Assembly: GCA_016212505.1 (NCBI GenBank)
Contig: JACRGB010000003.1
Span: 27,561-91,560 of the forward strand
Direction: 5' to 3'
Origin: Candidatus Micrarchaeota archaeon
GTDB lineage: Archaea > Micrarchaeota > Micrarchaeia > Anstonellales > Bilamarchaeaceae
Length of the DNA stretch: 64,000 nt
The notes under the pieces were generated by a model, which worked only from the letters and a program-made list of their open reading frames with translations, was not told where the DNA came from and did not search any database. A program made the position numbers and the translations under genes. Positions 9,858-18,680 of the stretch are shown here, one piece after another (position 1 is the stretch's first letter; each line of letters starts with the position of its first letter).

Positions 9858-10122
9858 AAATTTCCTCCCTTGAAGAGTATACTTTCCCTTCCTTATTCAG
9901 AATACCTAGTTTTTTTGCGTGTTTAGCCCTTTCCAAGATTCTTTCAAAAGCAGCGTTTCGTTCCTGTTCTTTTTTGGTTTCTGATATGTAATGGGCTATT
10001 GCCTGCCACACGAATTCACTAAGCGATCCTTTTTTGCCACCTGAAATCTGCTGGGCATACTTTCTAAGTTCCTTTTCATCATCGTCCTCTAGTGAAATCA
10101 TCACATTTCCCATAACAATCAA
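9823..10122 (-). CDS. Putative VapB-type antitoxin (small DNA-binding protein)
   Basis: 99-aa charged ORF immediately upstream of the PIN gene and overlapping it, an arrangement typical of toxin-antitoxin pairs. Confidence 0.5.
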   Translation of the reverse strand: MIVMGNVMISLEDDDEKELRKYAQQISGGKKGSLSEFVWQAIAHYISETKKEQERNAAFERILERAKHAKKLGILNKEGKVYSSREEIYAERMEKIRRH

Positions 10123-10165
10123 ATATAGATATATATGAAAAAATTTATATATCTATATATTACTA

Positions 10166-13090
10166 TCATTCAATAATTATCGCAGGCTTATCCGGCATTG
10201 CGTTTTTGGCCTTTTCGTGCTTTGATTTTGCCTCTGGCAGCACTTCGACTTTGCATGAAAACTCAGATTCAAGGAATTTAACTGCATCTTCTAAAGTTTC
10301 CAGCTCATCCTGCTCTGGAAGAGGTTTTTGTATGCTGTGGACATTTTTCATAATATTCTTTGCCACCGTTGATACCATTTTCATGTCCATCTTCTGCGCT
10401 GCTGCTTCCTTCATCAGCCCTTCGAAGGATTTTTTCTCTTTTGCAATTTCAACTAGCTGTCTTTTTTGTTCATTTGCTATGCAGAGGGTAACTTTTTGTG
10501 GTTTCTTTCCTATGATACCAGAAATTTTCTCAATATCAGCATGAACTGTTTTGATTAGTTCTTCTCCATGCTCAACTAGATCATCAATTGCTTTTTCATC
10601 AGCATCTGGTATTTTTGCAAGTGAAACAAAGGGCTTTCCCCCAATTTGCTCCCAATACTCTTCAGCAATATGAGGCATAAATGGAGAAATCAAAACAATC
10701 CATTTGTGGAAAAAGTCATGAAGATTAACTTTTCCTGCTGATCTTTTGGAATACCATTGAAGATCTGATACAACATCGTAAAATAGTTCAAGGGCTAATT
10801 CGCGTATGGCAAGTTCTTCATAAAGGTCATGTGCTTTTGAAATTTTGCGATTTAATCTAGATAAGAGCCAAAGGTCGATTCTGCTGTGAGTTTTTTGACC
10901 TTTTTTTGCGGGTTTTTTGGTTTTACTAGATTCTTCAATTAATTTGCTAATTAACGCAAGCCTTGAGCGAACTCCTTCAGCCACAGTTCTATTGAAATCA
11001 GTATCACTAGAAATTTCGGCGCCAGCAACAACAGAAAACCGGATAACATCTGCACCATACTCTGCAATTGCCTTTCTTAATGGAAGAATATTGCCCATAG
11101 ATTTGCTCATCTTCTTTCCGTCCATTAAGACAAAACCATTTGTTACAATCTGTTTTGGCCAGAGTTTTTTCTCGAAGATTGCCACATGGTTCAGTATGAA
11201 AAATGGCAAATGGTTCCGTATAAGGTCAGCGCCGCTATGACGTGAATCTAAAGGATACCAGTAAAGGAAACTTGCCCGCATGCCTTCTGCCTGCTTATCC
11301 GGAGGGGTACCCTTTCCAAGGAGCACATAGTCAAAGAACTGCTCGTCAAGTTGCTCATGCTTGCGGCCATGGAGTAAATGCGAAATGGTATAGAATGCCA
11401 TGTAGATTGTCGAATCGCTTAAGGCTTCAATAACTAATTTTTCATCGAACGGAAACCGCGTTCCTAAACCCTGGCTTCTTGCACATGCTTTTTGCTTTAG
11501 CCAGTCAATTGTGGCAAGATATTCTGCCCTGGTTTTTTCCGGAATTATATTCATTTGACTAAGGCATTCCTTTGCTTTTACCTTCCAGGATTCGTTTGAA
11601 TAATCAATGAACCATTGGTTGCCCAGGAGTTTGACGATTAAGTGAGTTCCGCAGCGGCAATAAATCGGCTTGTTATTAAGCTCCCAAAACATAACTGCAT
11701 CACGGGATTTTAGCAAATCCACTTTAATTGCTTCCTGACATTTTGGTACAGTCATCCCTGAATATTTCCCGCAGCTCTTGTTCATAACACCTTTACGGAA
11801 AACACGGCGATTAAGTTCTCCTTTTGCTTCTTCTAATTTTTCCTTTTGATCTGCAGAAGTAATTCCAAATTCCTTTCCAATTGAATCTCCTAAATCCTGG
11901 CCCATGCCTTCTATGTTTATGATAGGAATTGGCTTTAGTTTTGCAACAATATTCTGATCAAGACTGTATTCCTTAACCCGATCTGGAGCAGATTGTAATT
12001 TTCGTAACTCGTATAAGTCAACCGGGTCCTCAAGTGCAGAATATACTAACCCGGATCCAACAGAACTGTCAATAAAATCTGCAGGAAGAGTATAAAGTTC
12101 ATAATCAACTATTGGACCGCTAACCCATTTGCCAATTAGTTCCTTTGGGCTAATTTCGCCAATTACTTTTGCATTGGGATCGCATTGGTCATATACTTTC
12201 TCTACTGCACCTTCTCCAACTACCCATTTTTCTTTTTTTACCTGAACGATTTTGTACTTGCCATGTGGATCAACCCAAAGGTTGGATTGGCCTAAAAGCG
12301 CATCGGGTCTCGTAGTACCGGTCATTAAAATTAAATCCGATCCTTTTAGGTGAAATTTTATCCAGATAAAATCTTTTAGCTCCGGATCAGCATCGCCTTT
12401 GGTATCATGACCTCCCACTGCCTGATTGTCTTTTGGGCACCATGCAATAGGATGCTCACCCTGCACCAGAAGGCCGAGCTGTTTTAACTTAAGGAATTGC
12501 CATTGGATAAATCGGTTGAATATCGGATCAAAAGAGTAGAATTTTCTTCGCCAGTCAATCGAAAAGCCCATTTCCTTCATTCCGACTTCGATTTCTTTCG
12601 AAAAATGCATAACTAAGGTTTTTGGATCAGATAAAGTTTTGGTTTTTTCAGGAGGAATGCCATAAATTTTATCAAAAATTTCATAAACTTCCTTATCCCC
12701 TTCGCCAATTCTTCTTGCCATTGCAAGTATTGGTGTTCCGGTTACATGGAATGCCATTGGAAAAAGGACGTTGTAACCTTTGAGCCTTAAGTAGCGGGCG
12801 TAAATATCAGTAGTTGTATAGGTACGGGCATGACCTATGTGCTGGGGTGAATTTGGATAAGGAAATGCTGGAGTAAGGAAACGCTTTTCCCGCTCTTCTG
12901 GGTTAGATTCGAAAACTTTTTCAGCACTCCATCTCTCGGACCATTTCTTTTCAATTTCCGCAAAATTGGTTGAACTAGAACTATCCATATAGAAAACCTG
13001 CTTTGATGAGAAAAGATTGTTTCGGAGAATTTTTAAGGAAATGTTTCGATAGTCTTCCATGACCAGTAGCGCAATCCACCATCTCCACAA
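10166..13090 (-). CDS. leuS: Leucyl-tRNA synthetase (archaeal type)
   Basis: HIGH motif PQHIGHARTY and KMSKS motif KMSKSMGN. Length is ~940-970 aa. The true start is probably the internal Met at 12988 (MDSSSSTNFAEIEKKW...), because the first 34 codons of the long ORF overlap the opposite-strand gene. Confidence 0.95.
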   Translation of the reverse strand: MWRWWIALLVMEDYRNISLKILRNNLFSSKQVFYMDSSSSTNFAEIEKKWSERWSAEKVFESNPEEREKRFLTPAFPYPNSPQHIGHARTYTTTDIYARYLRLKGYNVLFPMAFHVTGTPILAMARRIGEGDKEVYEIFDKIYGIPPEKTKTLSDPKTLVMHFSKEIEVGMKEMGFSIDWRRKFYSFDPIFNRFIQWQFLKLKQLGLLVQGEHPIAWCPKDNQAVGGHDTKGDADPELKDFIWIKFHLKGSDLILMTGTTRPDALLGQSNLWVDPHGKYKIVQVKKEKWVVGEGAVEKVYDQCDPNAKVIGEISPKELIGKWVSGPIVDYELYTLPADFIDSSVGSGLVYSALEDPVDLYELRKLQSAPDRVKEYSLDQNIVAKLKPIPIINIEGMGQDLGDSIGKEFGITSADQKEKLEEAKGELNRRVFRKGVMNKSCGKYSGMTVPKCQEAIKVDLLKSRDAVMFWELNNKPIYCRCGTHLIVKLLGNQWFIDYSNESWKVKAKECLSQMNIIPEKTRAEYLATIDWLKQKACARSQGLGTRFPFDEKLVIEALSDSTIYMAFYTISHLLHGRKHEQLDEQFFDYVLLGKGTPPDKQAEGMRASFLYWYPLDSRHSGADLIRNHLPFFILNHVAIFEKKLWPKQIVTNGFVLMDGKKMSKSMGNILPLRKAIAEYGADVIRFSVVAGAEISSDTDFNRTVAEGVRSRLALISKLIEESSKTKKPAKKGQKTHSRIDLWLLSRLNRKISKAHDLYEELAIRELALELFYDVVSDLQWYSKRSAGKVNLHDFFHKWIVLISPFMPHIAEEYWEQIGGKPFVSLAKIPDADEKAIDDLVEHGEELIKTVHADIEKISGIIGKKPQKVTLCIANEQKRQLVEIAKEKKSFEGLMKEAAAQKMDMKMVSTVAKNIMKNVHSIQKPLPEQDELETLEDAVKFLESEFSCKVEVLPEAKSKHEKAKNAMPDKPAIIIE

Positions 13091-13412
13091 AAGGAAGAGG
13101 ATCCATCAGAAGCACGAAAAATATCCGCATCCGGACAAATGGAAAAATAGGCTCGATCTGATTGTTTTTGGAATCGGGTTATTTGCAGTTTTTATGACTA
13201 TTCCGCAGGTTATAGAGGTTTGGACGAATAAGAACGTTGCAGGGGTTTCACCAGCTACATGGATAACTTATGCCTTGGCATCATTTTGCTGGATGATTTA
13301 CGGGGTGGTCCATAAGGAGGATAAGATAGTAGTCGTAAATGCTCTTTATGTCGTCCTGAATTTGCTAGTAGTTGCCGGAGTATGGGTGAGCATAGGACAT
13401 CTGGCGCTTTAA
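13059..13412 (+). CDS. SemiSWEET/PQ-loop family small membrane transporter (start uncertain)
   Basis: Three predicted TM helices with a PQ motif (FMTIPQVIEVW). The core is ~90 aa, the size of prokaryotic SemiSWEETs. The N-terminal extension overlaps the leuS start region and is probably not translated. Confidence 0.5.
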   Translation: MTSSAIHHLHKRKRIHQKHEKYPHPDKWKNRLDLIVFGIGLFAVFMTIPQVIEVWTNKNVAGVSPATWITYALASFCWMIYGVVHKEDKIVVVNALYVVLNLLVVAGVWVSIGHLAL

Positions 13413-13480
13413 TCAACAATAGCCATCAAACCCCACTAAAAAACCACTCTTTTTAAATACTTCCACAGTAGTTCCTAGTT

Positions 13481-13915
13481 ATGGGGTCAGATTTAAGAGT
13501 GGGAGACATTATGACCAAGAAAGTCGCGGTCGCTCCATTTGGAACTTCTGTCATAGACGTAGCCAAGCTCATGAAAAAACTTGAGATTGGTTCTGTGATA
13601 GTTGTCCAAGATAAAGAAGGCAAACACGCTAAAGGCATAATCACTGAAAGGGATTTGGTACATAAAATCCTTGCCCAGAGCAAGGATGGCCAGAAGATGA
13701 TGGTTGAAGAAGTTATGTCAAAACCTCTTAGGGTGATTAAGTCAAGTACAACTATAGAAGAAGCTGCCAAAGCGATGCGCGAAAATAAGATAAAACGACT
13801 TCCGGTCGTAAACGAGCATAATGAACTTATTGGCATATTAAGTGAAAATGACATCATGAAGATATTCCCAGTTGTTGTTGACCTCCTTGAAGAGAGGGCA
13901 TCGCTACTGGAATAA
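13481..13915 (+). CDS. CBS domain pair protein
   Basis: 144 aa containing two CBS motifs (DIMTKKVAVAPFGTSVIDVAKLM... and VMSKPLRVIKSSTTIEEAAKAMRENKIKRLPVV). Confidence 0.85.
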   Translation: MGSDLRVGDIMTKKVAVAPFGTSVIDVAKLMKKLEIGSVIVVQDKEGKHAKGIITERDLVHKILAQSKDGQKMMVEEVMSKPLRVIKSSTTIEEAAKAMRENKIKRLPVVNEHNELIGILSENDIMKIFPVVVDLLEERASLLE

Positions 13916-13924
13916 GATAGTCAT

Positions 13925-14105
13925 ACTGCTGTGCACGGATGGCCACCTGAGCTTTATAGCGATGAGGGAAAGAGGCGGTTGAAAGATCGCCCGCCTGAAA
14001 ATGGCGGTCAACAGTGCACAGCAATTATGTCGTAAATATGTCTCCGATCTTCAGCGCATGGCGCTGGAGAGTAGAGAAACAAGGTTTCTCTGAGCCCATG
14101 GAGAA
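13925..14105. ncRNA. Candidate structured non-coding RNA (unclassified) in a GC-enriched intergenic spacer
   Basis: This 190-nt intergenic region looks clearly GC-richer than its flanks. A long-range stem gctgtgcac(13928)...gtgcacagc(14022) encloses nested helices (gcgat..atcgc; ccgcc-tgaaaat-ggcgg). A second perfect hairpin agagaaac-aag-gtttctct sits inside catgg..ccatg. A box C-like GATGA and a CTGA are present. No confident family assignment. Confidence 0.25.
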
Positions 14106-14113
14106 GAAATAAA

Positions 14114-14497
14114 GTGGAGATTAAGAAAAAAATAAAGATATTAAAACAAATACTCGAGCAACTTCGGGAACACTATGTGTTTGTAGAAGGTAAACGGGAT
14201 AAAATAGCAATGCGGGCATTAGGTTGCCTGGATGTGCTTACGATTGCCGGAAACCTCAACATAAGTTGCGATAAAGTCCAAAAACTTAGCGTAGCTGGGC
14301 CTATTTTTGTGCTTACTGATCTTGATGAACCTGGGAACGAGCTGGCAATCCTAGCTAGGGATGAATTAGAATCACGGTCAATAAAAGCAGACATCAGCAC
14401 ACGCAGGACACTTGGACGAATTTTGAATATTAGGCAGTTTGAAGATGCGAAAAGAGGATATGATGAACTAATGAAAGAATATGAGGATAATAATTGA
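14114..14497 (+). CDS. Small stand-alone Toprim-domain protein
   Basis: 127 aa. Toprim motifs VFVEGKRDKIAM (conserved Glu) and VLTDLDEPGNE (DxD). Lies immediately upstream of dnaG. Confidence 0.6.
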   Translation: MEIKKKIKILKQILEQLREHYVFVEGKRDKIAMRALGCLDVLTIAGNLNISCDKVQKLSVAGPIFVLTDLDEPGNELAILARDELESRSIKADISTRRTLGRILNIRQFEDAKRGYDELMKEYEDNN

Positions 14498-14518
14498 AGA
14501 AAATGACGAATAAATAAT

Positions 14519-14568
14519 GGACAAAATTTCATAAATTTTGTCCGAATTGGAATTTATACAAATTCCAA
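14519..14568. promoter_or_regulatory. Two adjacent perfect palindromes upstream of dnaG (putative operator or structured element)
   Basis: GGACAAAATTT-cat-AAATTTTGTCC (14519-14543) and TTGGAATTT-ataca-AAATTCCAA (14547-14568). The same two motifs recur at 39280-39376. Confidence 0.4.
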
Positions 14569-14655
14569 TACGATAAAAAAACGAATGAAATTATAAAAAA
14601 AGAATTTATGAACGAAATGATGCGAAATATGAATAGAAAACAAAGGTGATTAACT

Positions 14656-16002
14656 ATGGCAAAAACATACATTGATACAGTAAAATATTTGGTTTATACG
14701 AATTTGGAAATTGACGGTCTTGTTGAAAAACCAGACGTAGTTGGTGCGATATTTGGCCAGACAGAAGGCCTCTTAGGCGATGAATTAGACCTTCGGGACC
14801 TGCAAAAAAACGGCAGGATCGGAAGAATCGAGGTCGACCTCATACCAAGAGACGGCAAGACAACCGGGATAATCAAAATCCCAAGCTCGCTCGACATGGT
14901 TGAAACCTGCATTATTGCTGCGGCACTGGAAACGGTTGACCGTGTTGGCCCATGCGAAGCAAGGTTTAGGATCACAAAAGTTGAAGATACAAGAAGCGTA
15001 AAGAGAAAAACACTCGTGGACAGGGCAAAGAGCCTACTTAAGTTGCTTCTTAATACCGAAATTCCGGAAAGCAAGGAAATATCCGAAATGGTCCGGGACG
15101 AAGTAAAAACTTCAGAAGTAGTTGAATACGGTCACGACCGCTTATCAGCTGGTCCTGGAATCGATAAGAGCGAGGAGCTCGTTTTTGTTGAAGGACGGGC
15201 AGATGTCGTTAACCTGCTAAAGAATGATATTACCAATGTCATTGCAATAGGCGGGGCAAAGGTAACCAAAACAATAATCGACGTTTCCAAAAGAAAGGAA
15301 GTGACGGTTTTCTTGGACGGTGACCGTGGCGGGGACATCATACTCAATGAGCTTGTCCAAAATGGTGTGGATATTGACTTTATTGCACGCGCGCCAGCGG
15401 GCGTTGAAGTTGAGGAACTAACAAGAAAAGAAATCATCAAGTACTTGAGGAACAAGGCTCCGTTCGAGCAATCCGGCCCGCGCAAAGGCCCTGAACGAAG
15501 AAAGATGGACATTCCAAAATTCAGGCAGGACTTTATGCAGAGCCAGGTAGCCCAGGAAAGCGAGCCCCAATCGATACGGGAAGCTGTAATGGACCAGGTG
15601 GACTTGCCAAGACGAAAACCGGTTGATGATTTGCCTTTGGAAAAGACCGAAATAGACATTCCGGAAGCAGACAAACATAGCCACGTACATCCGCATGCTG
15701 CAAATGACTCCCATCATTTCAATAAGGATGAACTAGTTAAGGAGCTTGATACACTTGCAAACAGCCTGCGGGCAAGGTTCTACAACAGCAGCATGCAGAA
15801 GATTTCTGAGGTAGCGGTTAGGGATGTTATAAAGGCCCTAAGCGAGACCAAAGATGTCAATGCAATTGTCTTTGACGGCATAATCACCCAAAGATTGGTT
15901 GATCTGGCTGCAAGGCAGGGAGTACATGTCCTGGTCGGTATAAAGATCGGGAACGTGAATAAGACTCCGGAATCGATTGAGATAATTACTAAGAATAAGT
16001 AG
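14656..16002 (+). CDS. dnaG: Archaeal DnaG primase (Toprim), also an exosome-associated subunit
   Basis: Characteristic archaeal DnaG N-terminus MAKTYIDTVKYLVYTNLEIDGLVEKPDVVGAIFGQTEGLLG. Toprim motifs ELVFVEGRADVVNL and VFLDGDRGGD. Confidence 0.9.
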   Translation: MAKTYIDTVKYLVYTNLEIDGLVEKPDVVGAIFGQTEGLLGDELDLRDLQKNGRIGRIEVDLIPRDGKTTGIIKIPSSLDMVETCIIAAALETVDRVGPCEARFRITKVEDTRSVKRKTLVDRAKSLLKLLLNTEIPESKEISEMVRDEVKTSEVVEYGHDRLSAGPGIDKSEELVFVEGRADVVNLLKNDITNVIAIGGAKVTKTIIDVSKRKEVTVFLDGDRGGDIILNELVQNGVDIDFIARAPAGVEVEELTRKEIIKYLRNKAPFEQSGPRKGPERRKMDIPKFRQDFMQSQVAQESEPQSIREAVMDQVDLPRRKPVDDLPLEKTEIDIPEADKHSHVHPHAANDSHHFNKDELVKELDTLANSLRARFYNSSMQKISEVAVRDVIKALSETKDVNAIVFDGIITQRLVDLAARQGVHVLVGIKIGNVNKTPESIEIITKNK

Positions 16003-16132
16003 TAAGCAGTCGATTAATAATAAATGAAAAAATTATTTTTTTTATTTTTTATCTTTTTTATTTATTTTAATTTTATTCTTTGATTTACTTTATCTTTTTC
16101 TAAAATCTTTTCCATATCTGAAAAAATAAAAT
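16003..16132. terminator. AT-rich convergent intergenic region with oligo-T tracts on both strands (bidirectional archaeal terminator region)
   Basis: Lies between the convergent dnaG (+) and HEAT-repeat (-) genes. Long T and A runs (ttttttttatttttt, ttttttatttatttt). Confidence 0.4.
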
Positions 16133-17425
16133 TTAAGTGTGAACTCTTGCTGCTTGCACTCGAGATGCTGCAACAGGTGATGATCGCCGCTCAGAAGTGG
16201 CTGCGCGCAATTCAATCAGTTCTATTGCATGCGCAACAGAGCTTCTTAGGCTGGTTTTAATATATGAGGTGGAATTGTGGGAATCGCCATGCCATTGACC
16301 GCCTCTATCCGTCTCTGGCCCGCCCAACTGGCGGCTAACTTCAAGGATAGTATTTCTGTCTCCGGAGTCCCTGCATTCCACAATCATCTCTTTAAGAGAA
16401 TAACCTGCTGAGCTTCGGGTCTTTGGATCATCGTGTGTTTGGATTAAGTTGATCAAAATGCTTATTGCAGCAGAATTATGATAAAGCCGAAGCGCACTAA
16501 CTGCAGCAGACCGAATAGCAGGTTCTTCAGAAGAAACCAAAGCAGTAATTTTTTCCTGAGAGCCTTCTTTTGCCAAATGGGCCATAGCATAAATGGCGCC
16601 AGTTTTTTTATCTTGAGAATCACCGGCAAGCATTGTTTCGATTTTAGCATATTGCCCATCAGTTACTCCAACAGATGCAAGCGATTGTGCGGCAAACCAT
16701 TTCAAAATAAAGGCGCTGCCGTCTACCGAAGACCCTTTTTCAAAAGTTTGGCCCAAAAAATCAATAAGGGCATCTGCAACAGTTGTCTCGTTAGTAAATG
16801 TACCTAATGCCTTAGTCGATTCGGAAAGTACTGAAGAATGGTACTTATCGTTTAAAGTTCCAATCAAAGCAGCCGTGGCAGTTGGTTTGGTTTGGGCTGA
16901 ACAAACAATTTGGCCAAGTGCCTTTGCTGCAGCAGGTGCAACCAGGCCTTCAGTTGCACTTTTTGGCTCAGGGCTTTTTAGAACTTCTGCTAACCGATCA
17001 ACGGCTCGCTCGTCTCCAATAGTTCCTAGCGCACCGTAGATTTGTGTTTGGTCATACCAGCCTGCAACTTTGGAAGCTTCGACAAGGCTCGGAACGTCAC
17101 CAAAGTCAATCAATGCCCGAACTGCAGAAAAACCACAAAAACGGCCCGCACTTGCACGAACAAGAGCAGGCAAACAGGAGATATCACCTATCAGCACCAA
17201 AGCTTCGATAGCAGCTCTTTTGATATCCAATTCTGCCTGTAATTTATATCTATTGTCAGATCCTGGATTATTTATGGCCATTGAATTCCAGGAAGCATCA
17301 ACAAACTCAATTAGTTTTGGCACAGCACCAACTTCTTTTGCTTTGCCAAGCGCAGAAATAGCAGCAATCCGCTCTCCGGAATCAGGACTGTCCAAATGAG
17401 CCATAAGAACTTCTGTTTCATTCAT
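16133..17425 (-). CDS. HEAT-repeat (PBS lyase-like) protein
   Basis: 430 aa made of repeated ~30-aa units such as RIAAISALGKAKEVGAVPKLIEF, AIEALVLIGDISCLPALV and RSAAVSALRLYHNSAAISILINLI. Confidence 0.8.
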   Translation of the reverse strand: MNETEVLMAHLDSPDSGERIAAISALGKAKEVGAVPKLIEFVDASWNSMAINNPGSDNRYKLQAELDIKRAAIEALVLIGDISCLPALVRASAGRFCGFSAVRALIDFGDVPSLVEASKVAGWYDQTQIYGALGTIGDERAVDRLAEVLKSPEPKSATEGLVAPAAAKALGQIVCSAQTKPTATAALIGTLNDKYHSSVLSESTKALGTFTNETTVADALIDFLGQTFEKGSSVDGSAFILKWFAAQSLASVGVTDGQYAKIETMLAGDSQDKKTGAIYAMAHLAKEGSQEKITALVSSEEPAIRSAAVSALRLYHNSAAISILINLIQTHDDPKTRSSAGYSLKEMIVECRDSGDRNTILEVSRQLGGPETDRGGQWHGDSHNSTSYIKTSLRSSVAHAIELIELRAATSERRSSPVAASRVQAARVHT

Positions 17426-17534
17426 AAGATCACCGTTTGAATGACGGTATCATGCACCAAACCGTTTAAAAGGACATCTTTTACCACTAAGGGTTAGGCA
17501 AAATGTTTAAATTAACTTAATTCTAATTAAAATC

Positions 17535-17810
17535 ATGGAAAGGAAGAAAGTCATAGATATAGTAAGGAAAATTATGTCTAAAAGTCATATAAAAAGAGCC
17601 TACCTCTTCGGCAGCTTTGCCAGGGGACAAAAAAAATATAACGACATAGACATAGCAATAGACCCCCCGAAAGGCTTTACTCTGCTTGATTTGTCAAGAA
17701 TAGCCAATAGCATAGAAGATCAAACAGGACGTAATATTGATCTGGTTACTATTCGTGCAATGAACCCGAAGATTAAAAATGCCATCAAAAAAGAGATGGT
17801 AGCGATATGA
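17535..17810 (+). CDS. mnt: Nucleotidyltransferase (MNT) antitoxin
   Basis: 91 aa. YLFGSFARGQKKYNDIDIAID is the minimal nucleotidyltransferase G-S..D.D motif. Confidence 0.8.
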   Translation: MERKKVIDIVRKIMSKSHIKRAYLFGSFARGQKKYNDIDIAIDPPKGFTLLDLSRIANSIEDQTGRNIDLVTIRAMNPKIKNAIKKEMVAI

Positions 17811-18139
17811 GTAAGGATCCGAATTTTTATCTGGGTCATGTGATTGAAGCCATAGAAAAGATTCAGAAATACACTAAAGGTTTTGATAGATCAGATTTCT
17901 TAGAAAATGAACTGGTGCAGGATGCAGTAGTCCGGAACATTGAAATAATTGGAGAAGCAGTTAAGAATCTGCCAAATGACTTTAAGAAAAAACATTCAAA
18001 TGTCCCTTGGAGGGATATTGCAGGAATGCGTGACCGGATCGTTCATTTTTATTTTGGCATAGATTTCGAATTAGTGTGGGATACTATCGAAACGGACATA
18101 CCAGAACTTGAGAAAAAGATCAGTAAACTGATTAAATAG
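17807..18139 (+). CDS. hepT: HepT-like (DUF86) toxin
   Basis: 110 aa overlapping the MNT gene by 4 nt. C-terminal R-x4-HxY-like motif RDRIVHFYFGID typical of HepT. Confidence 0.8.
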   Translation: MSKDPNFYLGHVIEAIEKIQKYTKGFDRSDFLENELVQDAVVRNIEIIGEAVKNLPNDFKKKHSNVPWRDIAGMRDRIVHFYFGIDFELVWDTIETDIPELEKKISKLIK

Positions 18140-18164
18140 ATCAAAAAAACGATTCAGTTAACAG

Positions 18165-18680
18165 TTAACGATATAGCGCCACTTCCATCCAAGCAAGATA
18201 GGTCTTTTTTACTCCTTTTGAATCGTTGTAAATGGAAACTACGCGCCTTATTTTAACGACCTCGTTCGGCGCATCTGGCAGGTTGCCACCAATTGAGAAA
18301 ACGATTGGTTTTTGCGAATTTGAAGAATCGGAAAGTTCAGTTACATTGATCGAAACATTATACGGAGTTCCAAGCTTCTGCTTTAGCCAGTCCTGGTTAC
18401 CCTGGCCTTTCTTTAATGCACATTCCATAGTTGATGCATTTAGCCTTCGGTCGTCCACGCTGAGGGCAAAGCCTAAGCTTTCAAGGTCCTGGCAGTTAGC
18501 GGATGAGCCGGAAACAGAAAGAAGCTGGTTGGAAATGCGCACAGAGTCTTTGGAAAGTGATGCACCCTGATAATCAAGATAGTTCTTTACTGAGTGCCAG
18601 TATGAGAGCAAGGCAACAAGTGCAAGAACAAAGATTACAGAGGCAACAATTGCATCAAAACTGAAATATTGACCACGCAT
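18165..18680 (-). CDS. Archaeal type IV pilin-like protein (class III signal peptide)
   Basis: MRGQYFSFDAIVASVIFVLALVALL: a short basic N-terminus, G followed by Q, then a hydrophobic helix. This is the prepilin-peptidase processing pattern. Confidence 0.6.
   Translation of the reverse strand: MRGQYFSFDAIVASVIFVLALVALLSYWHSVKNYLDYQGASLSKDSVRISNQLLSVSGSSANCQDLESLGFALSVDDRRLNASTMECALKKGQGNQDWLKQKLGTPYNVSINVTELSDSSNSQKPIVFSIGGNLPDAPNEVVKIRRVVSIYNDSKGVKKTYLAWMEVALYR

Noticed and set aside
10206-11433. Plus-strand ORFs inside leuS (10206..10544, 10917..11240, 11242..11433)
   Set aside because: Antisense to a well-supported aminoacyl-tRNA synthetase gene. Ser-rich low-complexity translations typical of the reverse frames of AT-rich genes.
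12989-13090. N-terminal 34-codon extension of the leuS ORF (MWRWWIALLV...)
   Set aside because: It overlaps the opposite-strand PQ-loop gene and precedes the conserved LeuRS N-terminus. The Met at 12988 is the more plausible start.
13925-14105. Intergenic element considered as tRNA, SRP RNA or RNase P RNA
   Set aside because: No T-loop/GTTCRA motif or cloverleaf. No GGAAGCAGCC-type SRP domain IV motif. Too short and lacks RNase P CR-I/CR-V sequences. Kept only as an unclassified ncRNA candidate.
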